From positions 320,001-384,000 of the forward strand of contig CBDFJF010000001.1 in assembly GCA_965248265.1 (NCBI GenBank): 64,000 nt of DNA. The letters run 5' to 3'. Below are positions 29,899 through 40,715 of this stretch, one piece after another. Under the pieces are notes generated by a model, which ran no database searches, was not told the DNA's origin, and was given only the letters and a program-made list of their open reading frames with translations. Each line of letters begins with the position of its first letter. The first letter of the stretch is position 1. Position numbers and translations under genes: made by a program. The DNA comes from Candidatus Latescibacterota bacterium (GTDB taxonomy: Bacteria > Latescibacterota > UBA2968 > UBA8231).

Positions 29899-30281
29899 GA
29901 AGGGGTCTCGGCGGTGTCGCTTTCGTGCTCTTCGCCAAGTAGCAGCTGTATGTTGGAGACCAGCTGTGACACCTTGATCGGTTTTTCCAACACCCGTGTT
30001 GCGCCGATAGCGATGAGGTGCTCGACGTCTTTGTCGTCGAGGTAGCCCGTCAACACGATTATCGGGATGGTGATTCCTTGGCTACGGACGATTTCAATCG
30101 CCCGCTCCCCGGAAGTTTCCATCACCAAATCGGTGATTATCAGGTCGATGGTAGTCAGGTCGACTTCGGCCAGGGCAGGCGTGGGATCGTCGAAGGCGAG
30201 GATTTCATAACCCTGCCGTTGCAGCAACTCGGTCAGCATATCCCGGAAGCCGGCTGAATCTTCGATGACGAGCAATCGCAT
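29892..30281 (-). CDS. Single-domain response regulator
   Basis: LLVIEDS, IITDLVM, PIIVLTG, LEKP. Confidence 0.9.
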   Translation of the reverse strand: MRLLVIEDSAGFRDMLTELLQRQGYEILAFDDPTPALAEVDLTTIDLIITDLVMETSGERAIEIVRSQGITIPIIVLTGYLDDKDVEHLIAIGATRVLEKPIKVSQLVSNIQLLLGEEHESDTAETPSY

Positions 30282-30425
30282 AGTCTTTGTCGGTTTCGCG
30301 ACACGGTGTAATCAGATATTGAGGTTCAACATAGTACGGTCTAAGAGCCCTCAAGGCCAGACTTTTTCAAAATATCTGCCTGCTTGATCGGGATAGAGTT
30401 TCCAACAAAGGTTCAGAGCCTGTTG

Positions 30426-32240
30426 ATGCGGATTACTGTTCTTTGCGCGATTCTTACAGGGTTTGTGCATAACCCAGCACTCCTGAGGGCGGAGGAATTC
30501 ATCTCCGTCGACGAGGTCAGGCGTGGAATGCAGGGTCATGGACTGACGGTTTTCGCGGGCACCGAGATCGATACCTTTCGGTTTGAGGTTTTAGGTGTAG
30601 CCAGAGGAAGCAGTCCGCAGCGGGATATCGTGTGGGGATTGATGGACGGGGGGCCGTTGGCGGAGTCAGGAGCTGTAGCCGGCATGAGCGGCAGTCCGGT
30701 GTACTTAGAGGGAGGTAGGCTGCTGGGAGCAATGGCCTACGGTTTTTTTGCCGCCAAGAAACCCTACGCCGGAATCACTCCTATTGGGCAAATGCTGCAG
30801 GTGTTGGATCAGGCTGGTGACGGTGGTGCCTCCGATGCCGGAATCGGGATGACGGGTAAGGCCGGCCCGGTTGACGACGCGGACGCGGTCGGCAGCCTGG
30901 AGTGGATGCGTGATGTGCTCTCACTTGCCAAGCCGCCTCCCAGTGTCAGCGTTTCGGAGGCAGGAATCCGACTGGAGCCCCTGGCCACGCCGCTGATGGT
31001 TTCCGGCGTGGGTTCCGAGGCCTTCGCATTGATGAGCCCGGTGCTGAGCGAGATGGGTTACATGCCGCTGGAAGCGGGCGGCACGTCGATGGGACCGGCA
31101 GAATCGCCACGGCTTGAACCCGGCGCCATGGTCGGTGTCCAACTCATTCGCGGGGACTGGAACATCCATTCCTACGGCACGGTGACTCATCGTGACGGGG
31201 ATCGCCTGGTGGCTTTCGGGCATCCCATGTTCTGGAGCGGCCAGACCGAGTGGCCGATGATCACCGTCGACGTCCATTTCATCGTCGCCAACCTGTTGCG
31301 CTCATTCAAATTCGGCTCAGCAATCAAGGCCGTCGGGACGGTAACGCAGGACAGGGCGTCGGCGATCGCCGGCATCGTCGGTACCCCGCCACCCATGCTG
31401 GCCGTAACCATCGATGTTGACGGGCGCGAGTCGCGCAGCTTTCGTTTCGAAGTGGTCCGCGACAAGGTTTGGACTTCCGTCGCCACCCTGTTCACCGTCA
31501 TCGGCAGTATTTCCTCGGCGGGAAAGCTGTCGGGTGATCATGCGGTCGGTCTCAAGGCGCGAATCGATGTGGCCGGGGGACAGCACGTGGCGGAGCAGAA
31601 TCTCTTCAGTGGCCCATCGGCTCCTTTTCAAGCCGCCGCCGCCGTCAGCCGGATCGTCGGCGTACTGCTCGACAACCGTTTCGAGCGCCCTCGACTCGAC
31701 AAGATCAACATTCAACTGGTGCTGGAGGAGCGCAATCGGGAGGCCGTGATCGAAGGTGTGAGACTGTCCAGGGGTGCGGTCAGGCCTGGTGCTCTGATTG
31801 ACGTCGCCGTACTCGTTCGCCCGGTGCACGGAGATCTCAAACGCCATACCGTCACTCTCGAGATTCCCGAGTCGACGCCGGAAGGTCACCTCGACTTGCG
31901 GGTCACCGACGCGCGCACCGCGCGGTTGTTGAAGCACAAAAGGGCACCGGGGTCGGGTAGGCCCCGTACCATGGCGCAACTGTTGGAGGTGCTTGAAACG
32001 TCTCCGGGAAACAACGAGATCACCGTCGACCTGCTGCTGCGGCGCCCTGGGGTCACGATCGGCGCCAAGGAGTTGGTTTCAGTCCCCGGCTCGATGCTTT
32101 CTGTAGTGCGATCGTCGAGACACTCGGGTGAAACCGTGTTTACCCAGGGGGCCGTGTTGGCTACGCAGACGTTGGTCACCGACTACGTTGTCTCAGGCCA
32201 AAGGCAGCTTCCCATCACCGTTGACCGGAGGGCTCGATGA
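30426..32240 (+). CDS. SpoIVB peptidase S55 domain protein
   Basis: GLTVFAG, AGMSGSPVY..G.LLGA, AFGHPM. Confidence 0.88.
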   Translation: MRITVLCAILTGFVHNPALLRAEEFISVDEVRRGMQGHGLTVFAGTEIDTFRFEVLGVARGSSPQRDIVWGLMDGGPLAESGAVAGMSGSPVYLEGGRLLGAMAYGFFAAKKPYAGITPIGQMLQVLDQAGDGGASDAGIGMTGKAGPVDDADAVGSLEWMRDVLSLAKPPPSVSVSEAGIRLEPLATPLMVSGVGSEAFALMSPVLSEMGYMPLEAGGTSMGPAESPRLEPGAMVGVQLIRGDWNIHSYGTVTHRDGDRLVAFGHPMFWSGQTEWPMITVDVHFIVANLLRSFKFGSAIKAVGTVTQDRASAIAGIVGTPPPMLAVTIDVDGRESRSFRFEVVRDKVWTSVATLFTVIGSISSAGKLSGDHAVGLKARIDVAGGQHVAEQNLFSGPSAPFQAAAAVSRIVGVLLDNRFERPRLDKINIQLVLEERNREAVIEGVRLSRGAVRPGALIDVAVLVRPVHGDLKRHTVTLEIPESTPEGHLDLRVTDARTARLLKHKRAPGSGRPRTMAQLLEVLETSPGNNEITVDLLLRRPGVTIGAKELVSVPGSMLSVVRSSRHSGETVFTQGAVLATQTLVTDYVVSGQRQLPITVDRRAR

Positions 32241-34471
32241 GGAAGGTTTTCGCAGGAATGACAGTGGTGGGGTTGATGGCAGGTGGTAGCCTGGCGGCGA
32301 CTTCCTCCTTCTGGACCGTCACCACACAGGAGGGGTTCGCGGCCGGGGAGTTGACCAACGCGTCCGTCAACAGCGGCGGCAGGGTCAGCCTGGCTCCGCC
32401 ACTGGAGCAACTGGCCGACACTGAAGAGCTGTACGTCTGGTCCATGGTGCGCGATGCCGTGGGCAACGTCTTCGTCGGGACGGGCAACAACGGTAGGGTG
32501 TTCAAGATGTCACCGGACGGTGCGTTGTCCCTGCTCGCCGACCTGGAAGAGCCCGACGTTCTGTGCCTGTTGATGCGCCTGGACGGTGAACGCTTGTACG
32601 CGGGCACTTCCGGCGGCGGAACCGTCTATGAAATCGATCTGTCGGGCTCGGTGAGCTCATTCCATGACACCGCGGAGCGCTACGTCTGGGATCTCGCCTT
32701 CGACGACGAAGGCCGCCTTCTCGCAGCTACCGGGGACAATGGCCGCATCTACCGCATCGACGGATCAGGCAATGCGACCCTGTTCTTCGACTCTCCCGAA
32801 ACCCACATCATGTACCTGGAACCGGGCAGTGATGGAGTTGTGTTCGCGGGGGGTGAAGGCAAGGGATTGGTGTACAGGTTGTCGCCAGGCGGAGATCCGT
32901 TCGTCCTGCACGAAGTGGCCGAACCAGAGGTGTGTTGTTTGCTCCTGGGCGCAGACGGAGCATTGTACGCCGCGGGGATCTCGGTTCCGGGAACAGGTCC
33001 GAGGGGTTCGCCTGTGCCCGTGGGCCCGGTGCCCGCGCCAGTGGCGCCCACGACCGGGGCTCAGGGCATGGATGAGCCGCAAAACGGGACTCCTCCGGTA
33101 GCTCCACCTGGTGTCATGCTGCAGATGGCCCCACCGGGTGCGCCCCGTGGCCCGGGGGGAGGTCGTTCCACCATCTACCGCATCGATCCCGACGGTGTGG
33201 TCACACCGATCTGGCAGTCCTCCAACGACGTCGTCCATGCTCTCCACCTGGACGTCGACGGCAGCTTGATAGCAAGCACAGGGCAACGTGGCCGTCTTTA
33301 CCGCATCGACCCGACAGACCAGACCTGGGCGGTGATGGGAGAGGTGTCAGCGTCCCAGCTGACGAGGATCGTCGACCTGGGAGGCGGTGAGATGTTGTTG
33401 GGTGCTGCCAACATGGGAACGCTGTTCCGTGTCGGTTCCGGCCATGCGCGGGACGGCACGCTGGAATCCACCGTCTACGATGCCTCGACCTGGTCGACGT
33501 GGGGACGGCTGTCCTGGCGTGCAAAGACCCCGGGAGGCACTTCGATTGCATTCCAGACCAGGTCAGGAAACAGCTCGGATCCGGACAGTTCCTGGAGTCC
33601 CTGGACGCCGCTTGACAAAATGGATGACGACGGGGATGACGACAGGGATAACGGCGGCGGTCAGGCAGCAAGCCCCAATGCCCGTTTCGTGCAATGGCGG
33701 GCCGAGTTGAGCAGCAGCAAACAAGCGCACACACCGCTCTTGCAACGGGTGTCGCTGGCCTACATACAGCGAAATCTGAAACCGGAGGTCCATCGCGTGG
33801 CCGTCATCCCGCGGTCCAGTTCCAGGAACAACAGCCGGCCACCGGAAGCAGCCAACCCGGGTGGTGGGCAACCTGACTCGAGTCCGGCGCCAGGACCACC
33901 GCCAGCGCCAACTGACCATCCTGTGAGGGGATCGTGGGTAGTCAAGTGGCAGGCAACCGACGGCAACGCGGACCGGCTGCAGTACGATCTCTACTTCCGG
34001 TCATTCGATGAGGAAGAGGACTCATGGCGTCTGTTGGCGGAAGACTTGAGCAGCGAATCCCACCGTTGGGACACGGCATCCTTTCCCGACGGGTTCTATG
34101 AATTGAAGGTTGTGGCCTCGGACGAGCGCTCCAATCCGCCTGAGGTGGCGTTGAGGGCACACAAGACCAGCGAGCCCGTCCTCGTCGACAACACGCCGCC
34201 GGAGATTCGAGGTCTGAAACTGAAGTCTGGTGATGACGGGACCGTTCACGTCAGTGGAGTGGCGCAGGATGGCATTGGGCCGCTCACGGAAGGCTATTAC
34301 CGCGTCGACGCCGGCGACTGGGTACCGATGTTCGCTGCCGACGGCATCTTCGACTCAACCAAGGAGCCGTTTGCGTTCGAGGTATGGTTGGGCGAGGGAA
34401 GCGGACATGCCCTCGTCGTCCGCGTAGCCGACGTCGCCGGCAACGTCGCCCTGGAACGCGTCCTGCGTTGA
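32237..34471 (+). CDS. Secreted WD40/YVTN-like beta-propeller protein with C-terminal Fn3/Ig domains
   Basis: Repeats of LY.GTG..G.VY.I, TRSGNS..PD..WSPW, DG.YELKV.ASD, VDNTPP. ATGA overlap with the S55 gene. Confidence 0.8.
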   Translation: MRKVFAGMTVVGLMAGGSLAATSSFWTVTTQEGFAAGELTNASVNSGGRVSLAPPLEQLADTEELYVWSMVRDAVGNVFVGTGNNGRVFKMSPDGALSLLADLEEPDVLCLLMRLDGERLYAGTSGGGTVYEIDLSGSVSSFHDTAERYVWDLAFDDEGRLLAATGDNGRIYRIDGSGNATLFFDSPETHIMYLEPGSDGVVFAGGEGKGLVYRLSPGGDPFVLHEVAEPEVCCLLLGADGALYAAGISVPGTGPRGSPVPVGPVPAPVAPTTGAQGMDEPQNGTPPVAPPGVMLQMAPPGAPRGPGGGRSTIYRIDPDGVVTPIWQSSNDVVHALHLDVDGSLIASTGQRGRLYRIDPTDQTWAVMGEVSASQLTRIVDLGGGEMLLGAANMGTLFRVGSGHARDGTLESTVYDASTWSTWGRLSWRAKTPGGTSIAFQTRSGNSSDPDSSWSPWTPLDKMDDDGDDDRDNGGGQAASPNARFVQWRAELSSSKQAHTPLLQRVSLAYIQRNLKPEVHRVAVIPRSSSRNNSRPPEAANPGGGQPDSSPAPGPPPAPTDHPVRGSWVVKWQATDGNADRLQYDLYFRSFDEEEDSWRLLAEDLSSESHRWDTASFPDGFYELKVVASDERSNPPEVALRAHKTSEPVLVDNTPPEIRGLKLKSGDDGTVHVSGVAQDGIGPLTEGYYRVDAGDWVPMFAADGIFDSTKEPFAFEVWLGEGSGHALVVRVADVAGNVALERVLR

Positions 34472-34489
34472 ACCTGTTCCGCGACTACG

Positions 34490-35809
34490 CTACGGCGAAG
34501 CGATGCAGTAAAGGGAATGATGGCCGCGCAGAAATATCTGGTCGCCTGATATGGCAGGTGAGGCACTGAAACTGTCGTCGAGTTGGTTGGTGGCGACCAG
34601 GTTGAATTGTGCACCGTGCCGCAGCACGGCCGTGACGCCATTGGTGCCAACGACGTAGACATGGTCGCCGGCGCCGACCAGCGAGGCGTAAACGCCGTCT
34701 ATTCCATCCAAGCGCTGCTTGTCGAAAACGAGTGTGCCGTCCGTGGTGCTTACCGCTGACACGATGTTGCCGTTGCGTTTGATCAGATAGAGGGTTTCGT
34801 CATACAGCAGCGGAGATGGTATATACGGTGTATCCTCGTCACGTCTCCAGGCAACCGCATCGGTACCGGTGATGTCCCCTTTGGCGGCGGACAGTCGAAT
34901 GGCCATCAAGGAATTGCCGCGAAAGCCGCTGGTGATGAAAACCAAATCACCGAGTGCCACCGGTGTCGGAATCACGTTCACGGTCATGCCTCCACTCTCC
35001 CACAGGGAACGTCCTGTGGTCAGCTCGTAGGCGCGAATCCGGTTGGTCGCACTCGTGATGACTTGAGGTGTGCTGTCGACTTCGATGATGAGCGGCGTAG
35101 ACCATGAAGTGGCTTCGTCGCGTTGCCGTTTCCACAGCTGCGCTCCCGTGTTCTTGTTCAAAGCAACAATAAAGGACTGACCTTCGTGGTCCCAATTGAT
35201 TACGAGAGTGTCACCGTGAAGGGCGGGTGAACTGCCTTCGCCGAATCCACGGCGCGTCTGCATGTCTCCCAGGTCCGTCTCCCAGATAAGTGTTCCGTCC
35301 ATATCGAAGCAATAGATGCCGGCGGATCCGAAGGAAGCGTAGAGATGAGTGCCATCGGTCACCGGTGATGCCGAGGCCCAGCTGCCGGCGGGGTGGATGG
35401 ATTCGTGTGGTTGCTGAGATCGGGCAACGCGCTGCCACAACAAAGATCCGTCCAGGCGTGAAAAGGCCACCACGGTGTAGTCGTAAGCTCCAGCCGGCTG
35501 CACGCCACGTCCATGTTGTTGGCCGCTCTGTGGCGGCTCCTGAGCCGCAGGTTCCACTTCCGGTTGCGGTACGGCCGCGCACACGAAGATGCGGTCGCCC
35601 CACACGACTGGTGATGAATGACCCTGTCCGGGGATCGACACCTTCCACCTGATATTGTCCTTCTCACTCCAAGTCAGGGGCGGATCAGCCGCCGGCGCCG
35701 CTCCCGTACCGTCGGGTCCTCGCCACTGTGGCCAGTTGTGTAGTGCGTCAGACGGCTCTCGTGATAGTAGTGGGCTGGCGAGCGGGAGCAGGAGGAGAAG
35801 AGCGATCAT
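34490..35809 (-). CDS. PQQ-binding-like beta-propeller (BamB-like) protein
   Basis: NWPQWRGP, SSPVVWGD, ASPVTDG, WSTP, ASPAI. The start overlaps the VOC stop (TGATG). Confidence 0.88.
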   Translation of the reverse strand: MIALLLLLPLASPLLSREPSDALHNWPQWRGPDGTGAAPAADPPLTWSEKDNIRWKVSIPGQGHSSPVVWGDRIFVCAAVPQPEVEPAAQEPPQSGQQHGRGVQPAGAYDYTVVAFSRLDGSLLWQRVARSQQPHESIHPAGSWASASPVTDGTHLYASFGSAGIYCFDMDGTLIWETDLGDMQTRRGFGEGSSPALHGDTLVINWDHEGQSFIVALNKNTGAQLWKRQRDEATSWSTPLIIEVDSTPQVITSATNRIRAYELTTGRSLWESGGMTVNVIPTPVALGDLVFITSGFRGNSLMAIRLSAAKGDITGTDAVAWRRDEDTPYIPSPLLYDETLYLIKRNGNIVSAVSTTDGTLVFDKQRLDGIDGVYASLVGAGDHVYVVGTNGVTAVLRHGAQFNLVATNQLDDSFSASPAISGDQIFLRGHHSLYCIASP

Positions 35810-36216
35810 CAAGGAATCTTCTGCGACGCCAACGCCAGGGTGTTTCCATCCGGGTCCTGGAAGAAGGCCATCCACTCTTCGTTGCCGGCCGCTCCGAATG
35901 TCCCCTCCGCGTCGCGATGAATCATCTGGGGCTCGCCTTCGAATTCGATACCGGCTTCAGACAACGACTGGTAGGCCGTGTCGATATCATCCACTCGGAA
36001 GTAGAGTGCAGCGTTGCCCGAGCTGGTATCCGATGCCATGCCTGAGAGCAGCAGTCGAACTCCGTTGAAATTGAAGAAGGCGAGACCTGGCGGATCGAAC
36101 TTGACGATCAGTTCAGCCCCCAGTTTGTCACGGTAGAACTCGACCGAGCGGTCGATGTCGGAGGAGGGGATCGAAATCTGATGGATGGTGCCGAGGGCAA
36201 GATCGGTGGCGGCCAT
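35809..36216 (-). CDS. VOC/glyoxalase family protein
   Basis: IHQISIP..DIDRSVEFY, LYFRVDD, AFFQDPDGN. Confidence 0.9.
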   Translation of the reverse strand: MAATDLALGTIHQISIPSSDIDRSVEFYRDKLGAELIVKFDPPGLAFFNFNGVRLLLSGMASDTSSGNAALYFRVDDIDTAYQSLSEAGIEFEGEPQMIHRDAEGTFGAAGNEEWMAFFQDPDGNTLALASQKIP

Positions 36217-36284
36217 GGCTGCTCCAATGCGTGGTGAGGGCGTGCAATCCTGGTGAGGACGACAATATAGACCAACGACCTTTC

Positions 36285-36869
36285 TCATATCGCGGATATT
36301 TTGTCTTCCATACTCGTAGTCGGAGCCGTGCGTCGAAGGGCAAGCAAGGTAATCAGACCCACCCCCAGGCCGATCATGGGTACGAGTAATGGCTGCCCGC
36401 CGGGACAGATCGAAAAAAGCATCGGAATGCCGTACCCGAGTATATAGCCCAATCCGTAACCGATCACGTTGACGATTACCCAGCGGGCAAAGGTGGATCT
36501 CAGACCCAGCATAAGGCCCTGGGCGACGCCGACGAACAGACCGATAGGCAGACCGATCCATGCCCGATCATCCGTCCAATTCAACCAGTCTACTATGAAC
36601 TCTGCTGCCGCCCAGCCAATGGCAAAGCCTATAGCAGTGGCCAGACTCCAGCCGACGACGAGTCTTCTCAACAGGACGACACCCTGCGCCAGGCCTATGA
36701 AGACACCGACGGCGGCACCTGTGATGATGTTGGCGATGTAACATCCTGCATGGGGTTGGGCGTAGTAGTGTACCCAGTAGAATGAGTAACCAACCGAAAC
36801 GCCGATTACGTTGGCCAGCGTCCAGGTCACAGCGAACCTGGCCCCGAAGGGATTGAGTTCGGCCTTCAT
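36285..36869 (-). CDS. Hypothetical Gly-rich multi-pass membrane protein
   Basis: About six TM segments with internal repeat G..IG.AQG..L...W... Confidence 0.7.
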   Translation of the reverse strand: MKAELNPFGARFAVTWTLANVIGVSVGYSFYWVHYYAQPHAGCYIANIITGAAVGVFIGLAQGVVLLRRLVVGWSLATAIGFAIGWAAAEFIVDWLNWTDDRAWIGLPIGLFVGVAQGLMLGLRSTFARWVIVNVIGYGLGYILGYGIPMLFSICPGGQPLLVPMIGLGVGLITLLALRRTAPTTSMEDKISAI

Positions 36870-36885
36870 GAATAGTACCTGAGGA

Positions 36886-37200
36886 TCAGTCTTCGTGAGG
36901 GTGTTTAGGATTATTCCCGGTCCGAATATCAGAGACGTGCCAACGTCTGGCCAGCACCAGAAAGAGCAGTGACAGGAAAACGGTCACCCACCCGACGACA
37001 AAGGTGCTGCCTGCAATGCCGTGGTCGAGGGCCAACCAGCCGAAGGCCAGATTGAAAGTGATATGACCGATTTCTCTGCTGAAACTGACGACGGAGGTAA
37101 CGGTTGCCCGCGCATCCTGTTCGATGGCTGATTGCAACCTCGAAGCGAGCAAGATATCAACGAAGGCGAACGCGAAGAAGAAGAAACCCAGGAATGGCAC
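36886..37200 (-). pseudogene. C-terminal fragment of an MFS transporter
   Basis: RLQSAIE..ARATVTSV motif with three TM helices. No N-terminal half upstream. Confidence 0.6.
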
Positions 37201-37619
37201 AACCAGGTTCCGGTCAACACATAAGGTCTACAACGATGCCCCCAACACTCTTGTCACTTCTCGCGATGTGACTTCCTCACAGAAGGGGTCTTGATCCCAT
37301 ATGCCGGCAGGCTTTTCACAAAAGAATCCCCGATTATGCCGAAAACTGCAATCGCGTTCTTGTTCAACTTGTAAACTGAAGGACCGATAAGGGGTCACTG
37401 TCAATAGACTATATCGGTTGAGGCTTGGAGTCGAGTGGGATGGGAGCTTGTCTGGGTGCGAATGGGTATTCGGCGGCATTGCGAACATGGATTCAGGGCG
37501 GGCTGGTATTTCAATGCTCGAACACGTGGAGGAAGGTCTCAAGTCCCTCGGCCTGAAAGGACGCTCCGTCACCTGCTTTCTTCCGTGTCTGAGTGCGCAA
37601 ACCACGGATCGAGGTCAGC

Positions 37620-40600
37620 TCACACTGAGGTCTTCCTCACCGATTCCAGCACGCTCAACACCGAGTCCATGTCGAACGAATCGACGTGGGGCTTGAGCAG
37701 TGCGGCCAGCTTCGCTTCATCCTCGCTCGCACACGCCATCTCCGCAATCACCAAGCGCAGTTCGGTTACATTTGCCACCTCAGCGGCTGCCCGCACACGC
37801 TCGTGCAGGTCAGCAGAAACTGTAGTCGATTCCAAGACCGCCGGTCCGGCCTCTTCGGGCGCGGCCTGATTCGCCGTTTCCTCAAATGCGACACCCAGCA
37901 TCTGCTCGAGGCACTGACAAATTTGGCCAACCCGTACCGGTTTGCCGATGAACTCGTCGAAGCCAGCCGACAGGTAGTGTTGCCGCTCGTGTTCCAGAGT
38001 TGAAGCGGATACGGCGACAATCTTGAGAGCCAGGTCCGGGTCCGCTACGAGTTTCCGCATAGCCTCCATGCCATCCATCTCGGGCATGCGGATGTCCATG
38101 AATACGATGTCCGGTCGCTCACGTCGACTGATCTCGAGCGCTTCGATACCGTTGACGGCGGAGTGCACTTCGACACCGATCGCCCCCAGCAACTGCTCCA
38201 GAATATCCCGGTTCTCGGGCACGTCATCAGCCACCAACGCTTTCACCTGACAGCCGCCAGCCAACCGCCTGACGCGGCCATAGTCTTCTTTGTGCTCGCG
38301 CACTCCTCCTGCCGCGGTCGAAAGCGGCAGAGTGAAGTAAAAGCGTGTGCCTTCGCGAGACGATTCAAACTCCAGTTCCCCACCCATCAAGTGTACAAGA
38401 CGGCGCGAGACGGCCAGGCCCAAGCCTGTCCCTCCGGTGTCCCTGCCTGCCTCTCCTTGCTGGAACGGCTGGTACAGTGTTTTCTGTTCCTCTTCCGAGA
38501 TCCCTCTCCCGCTATCGATAACCTCGAAGAGATAAGTCTCACCTCCAACCTGCGCGACGCGCAGCGTTACGTCTCCTTCCTGCGTGAACTTCACCGCGTT
38601 GCCCAACAGGTTGATCAGCACCTGCATCAACTTACTCTCATCGCCATATACCAGAACGTGTGACTCTTTCAAACTCTTGAGCTTCCAGCCCAGCGCCTGC
38701 TCGCGGCATCGTAGCTGGAACATCTCTGACACACTCTGCAGTAACCTTACCAGGTCGAAGTCGACGGCGTGAACATCCATGCGGCCGGCTTCGATCTTGG
38801 AGATATCCAGTACCTCGTTGATCAACCTGAGCAGGTGATCACCACTCGCCTGGATTGTTTCCACAGCCTGTCGATGGTTGTCCACCAACTCCGGACTGCT
38901 TTGCATGATCTGCGCATACCCGATGATGGCATTCATCGGGGTCCGGATCTCATGGCTGATATTGGCCAGAAATTGCGACTTCGCCTGGCTGGCCAGTTCG
39001 GCGGCCTCCTTGGCCTCCAGCAGCCCGGCGTTGGACTGTTCGAGCTCGGCGATGAGGCGATTCTGGGCATCCGCGGCCTCGGTGAAGTCCCGGTAACGTG
39101 CGTGCGCGAGGTCGACGACTTCGACGAAATCCTCTATGCGGGCGATCTCCCAGTTGCTGAAGGGCTCTGCTTGTCCACGCCAACCGCGGCGCACACAGAT
39201 GACGCCTGTTTCGAATGGAACGTCCAGAGCCCACACCGTGCCTGATGCGGCCAGTCCCACGTCAGCAGTACCCGAAAGCGGCGCCCACACCTCTTTCTCT
39301 CGAGGATCCATCTGTCGTGGTTTGGGTACGCCCGTGCGTGCCTCTGCCAGGAAACGTCCAACCTCATCCGGGTCCGAGATCGTGGACCTCTGCAACGCGC
39401 CCGCCGAGTCGACCTGCAACGCCTCGACGTGCGAGGTACCCTTCGGCGTGCACAGGGTGAGCTGGTCGAAATGCAGGCCGACGACCAGCAGTTCGTCCGC
39501 AATCTGGGCAAGCACTGTCTGCAGGTGCTCCGGCTGTTTCATATCGAGCACGGTTTGCCGTACGCGCTCCCGTGCTTCCTCGATGGTGAGGCTGCGTAGA
39601 TGCCCAGCGACCTCCTCGTCCTGAGTCTGAACGCTTTCCAGGACGTGGCTGGCGACGGAACGTCCAGCAACATTGAGGACCTCGGCAAGCACCCGCGGTC
39701 CGCCGACCTCCTGGTGTGCGCCCGGCACATTGCGAAGGGTGTGTTCGAGGTCTTCCTCGATATCCTTCAATACTGAGGGAGTCACGTTTTCCATGGTCGC
39801 CATCCGGTACGACACATCAGCCTGCAGGCGTGGTGAGAGCTGGGCCAGCATGGCTCCAGACTGTCGCGGATCCACTTGCGAGAGGATGAGAGCGATGGTT
39901 TGGGGGTGCTCGCGTGAGATGTGGAGGGCTACGTGCTCAGGGCTGATGTTCTTGAGGATGTAGGTGCCCGATGACGCGGTGCTGGTAACGCGCGCAAAGA
40001 TCTCATCCGCCTTGCGCCTTCCGACAGCATGCTCCAGAGCGTTCCGGGTGAACTCGGTGCCTCCGCTTGCCATCCAATCGCCAGAGCGCAGACGCCCAAC
40101 GAACTCGTCGAGCTCACGGGCGTGAATCTCGGCGGACACGTTCTGTAACGCCGCCATGGACTGGGAGACCACTTCAATCTCGTAGTCGGACAGGAGCTTG
40201 AGGATCTTTCCAGTCAACTGCTCACCGAGCCCGACCAGGACGATGGCAACCTTGACCATTGACGGCAGTTCCTCTGAGGGTGAATCAGCGTTTTCCTCGA
40301 GGGCCATGGTGCGAACGATCCGAGCAGCGTCAGCGATGTGGTGGGCAACAAACTCTCTCGGCGTCAGTGTCGCCTGGTCGATCTCCTGCCGGGGGGTGGG
40401 TGGCGCTGGTTCGCCTGCAGTGCCGCCGGTCGATTCGTCGGACAGCGGTTCCGTGTCGGCAGCTGGCGGCGGGTGTAATGCGTGTTCGGCAACGCCGGGC
40501 ACGAACCTGGGTGCAGGCTGGAGCCTGGGGGAGCCCGGTTGTCGGCTCGCGGCGAGCAGTGAGGCGGACAGGCTCCATGCCGGTTCCGGGTAGGGTGGGG

Positions 40601-40715
40601 GAAGTGGCATGGCGTCCACCTCCGTCAGGGTCAGTGGCAGCCAGTCGGCGACGGTCGCCCGCGCTGTCCTGCCAGCGGCGAGTCCCAGGATCCGTGGCTC
40701 AGTCTTGGGAGTCAT
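37620..40715 (-). CDS. FliG(N+M+ARM-C)::GAF-like::histidine kinase::receiver fusion (soluble hybrid kinase)
   Basis: [10 protein letters not shown]...[10 protein letters not shown]...[11 protein letters not shown]...[13 protein letters not shown] is Fli[26 protein letters not shown] and GGTGLGL mark the kinase. VADD...FMDIRMP...GKP is REC. Confidence 0.9.
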   Translation of the reverse strand: MTPKTEPRILGLAAGRTARATVADWLPLTLTEVDAMPLPPPYPEPAWSLSASLLAASRQPGSPRLQPAPRFVPGVAEHALHPPPAADTEPLSDESTGGTAGEPAPPTPRQEIDQATLTPREFVAHHIADAARIVRTMALEENADSPSEELPSMVKVAIVLVGLGEQLTGKILKLLSDYEIEVVSQSMAALQNVSAEIHARELDEFVGRLRSGDWMASGGTEFTRNALEHAVGRRKADEIFARVTSTASSGTYILKNISPEHVALHISREHPQTIALILSQVDPRQSGAMLAQLSPRLQADVSYRMATMENVTPSVLKDIEEDLEHTLRNVPGAHQEVGGPRVLAEVLNVAGRSVASHVLESVQTQDEEVAGHLRSLTIEEARERVRQTVLDMKQPEHLQTVLAQIADELLVVGLHFDQLTLCTPKGTSHVEALQVDSAGALQRSTISDPDEVGRFLAEARTGVPKPRQMDPREKEVWAPLSGTADVGLAASGTVWALDVPFETGVICVRRGWRGQAEPFSNWEIARIEDFVEVVDLAHARYRDFTEAADAQNRLIAELEQSNAGLLEAKEAAELASQAKSQFLANISHEIRTPMNAIIGYAQIMQSSPELVDNHRQAVETIQASGDHLLRLINEVLDISKIEAGRMDVHAVDFDLVRLLQSVSEMFQLRCREQALGWKLKSLKESHVLVYGDESKLMQVLINLLGNAVKFTQEGDVTLRVAQVGGETYLFEVIDSGRGISEEEQKTLYQPFQQGEAGRDTGGTGLGLAVSRRLVHLMGGELEFESSREGTRFYFTLPLSTAAGGVREHKEDYGRVRRLAGGCQVKALVADDVPENRDILEQLLGAIGVEVHSAVNGIEALEISRRERPDIVFMDIRMPEMDGMEAMRKLVADPDLALKIVAVSASTLEHERQHYLSAGFDEFIGKPVRVGQICQCLEQMLGVAFEETANQAAPEEAGPAVLESTTVSADLHERVRAAAEVANVTELRLVIAEMACASEDEAKLAALLKPHVDSFDMDSVLSVLESVRKTSV

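Noticed and set aside
19932-30281. The two single-domain receivers (19932-20297 and 29892-30281) as CheY partners of the FliM
   Set aside because: They are far from the operon, have no che genes nearby, and this FliM lacks the CheY-binding motif.
37201-37619. ORFs or ncRNA in the gap downstream of the FliG-kinase gene
   Set aside because: The ORFs have no recognisable motifs or RBS, and I could not support any known RNA structure by eye.
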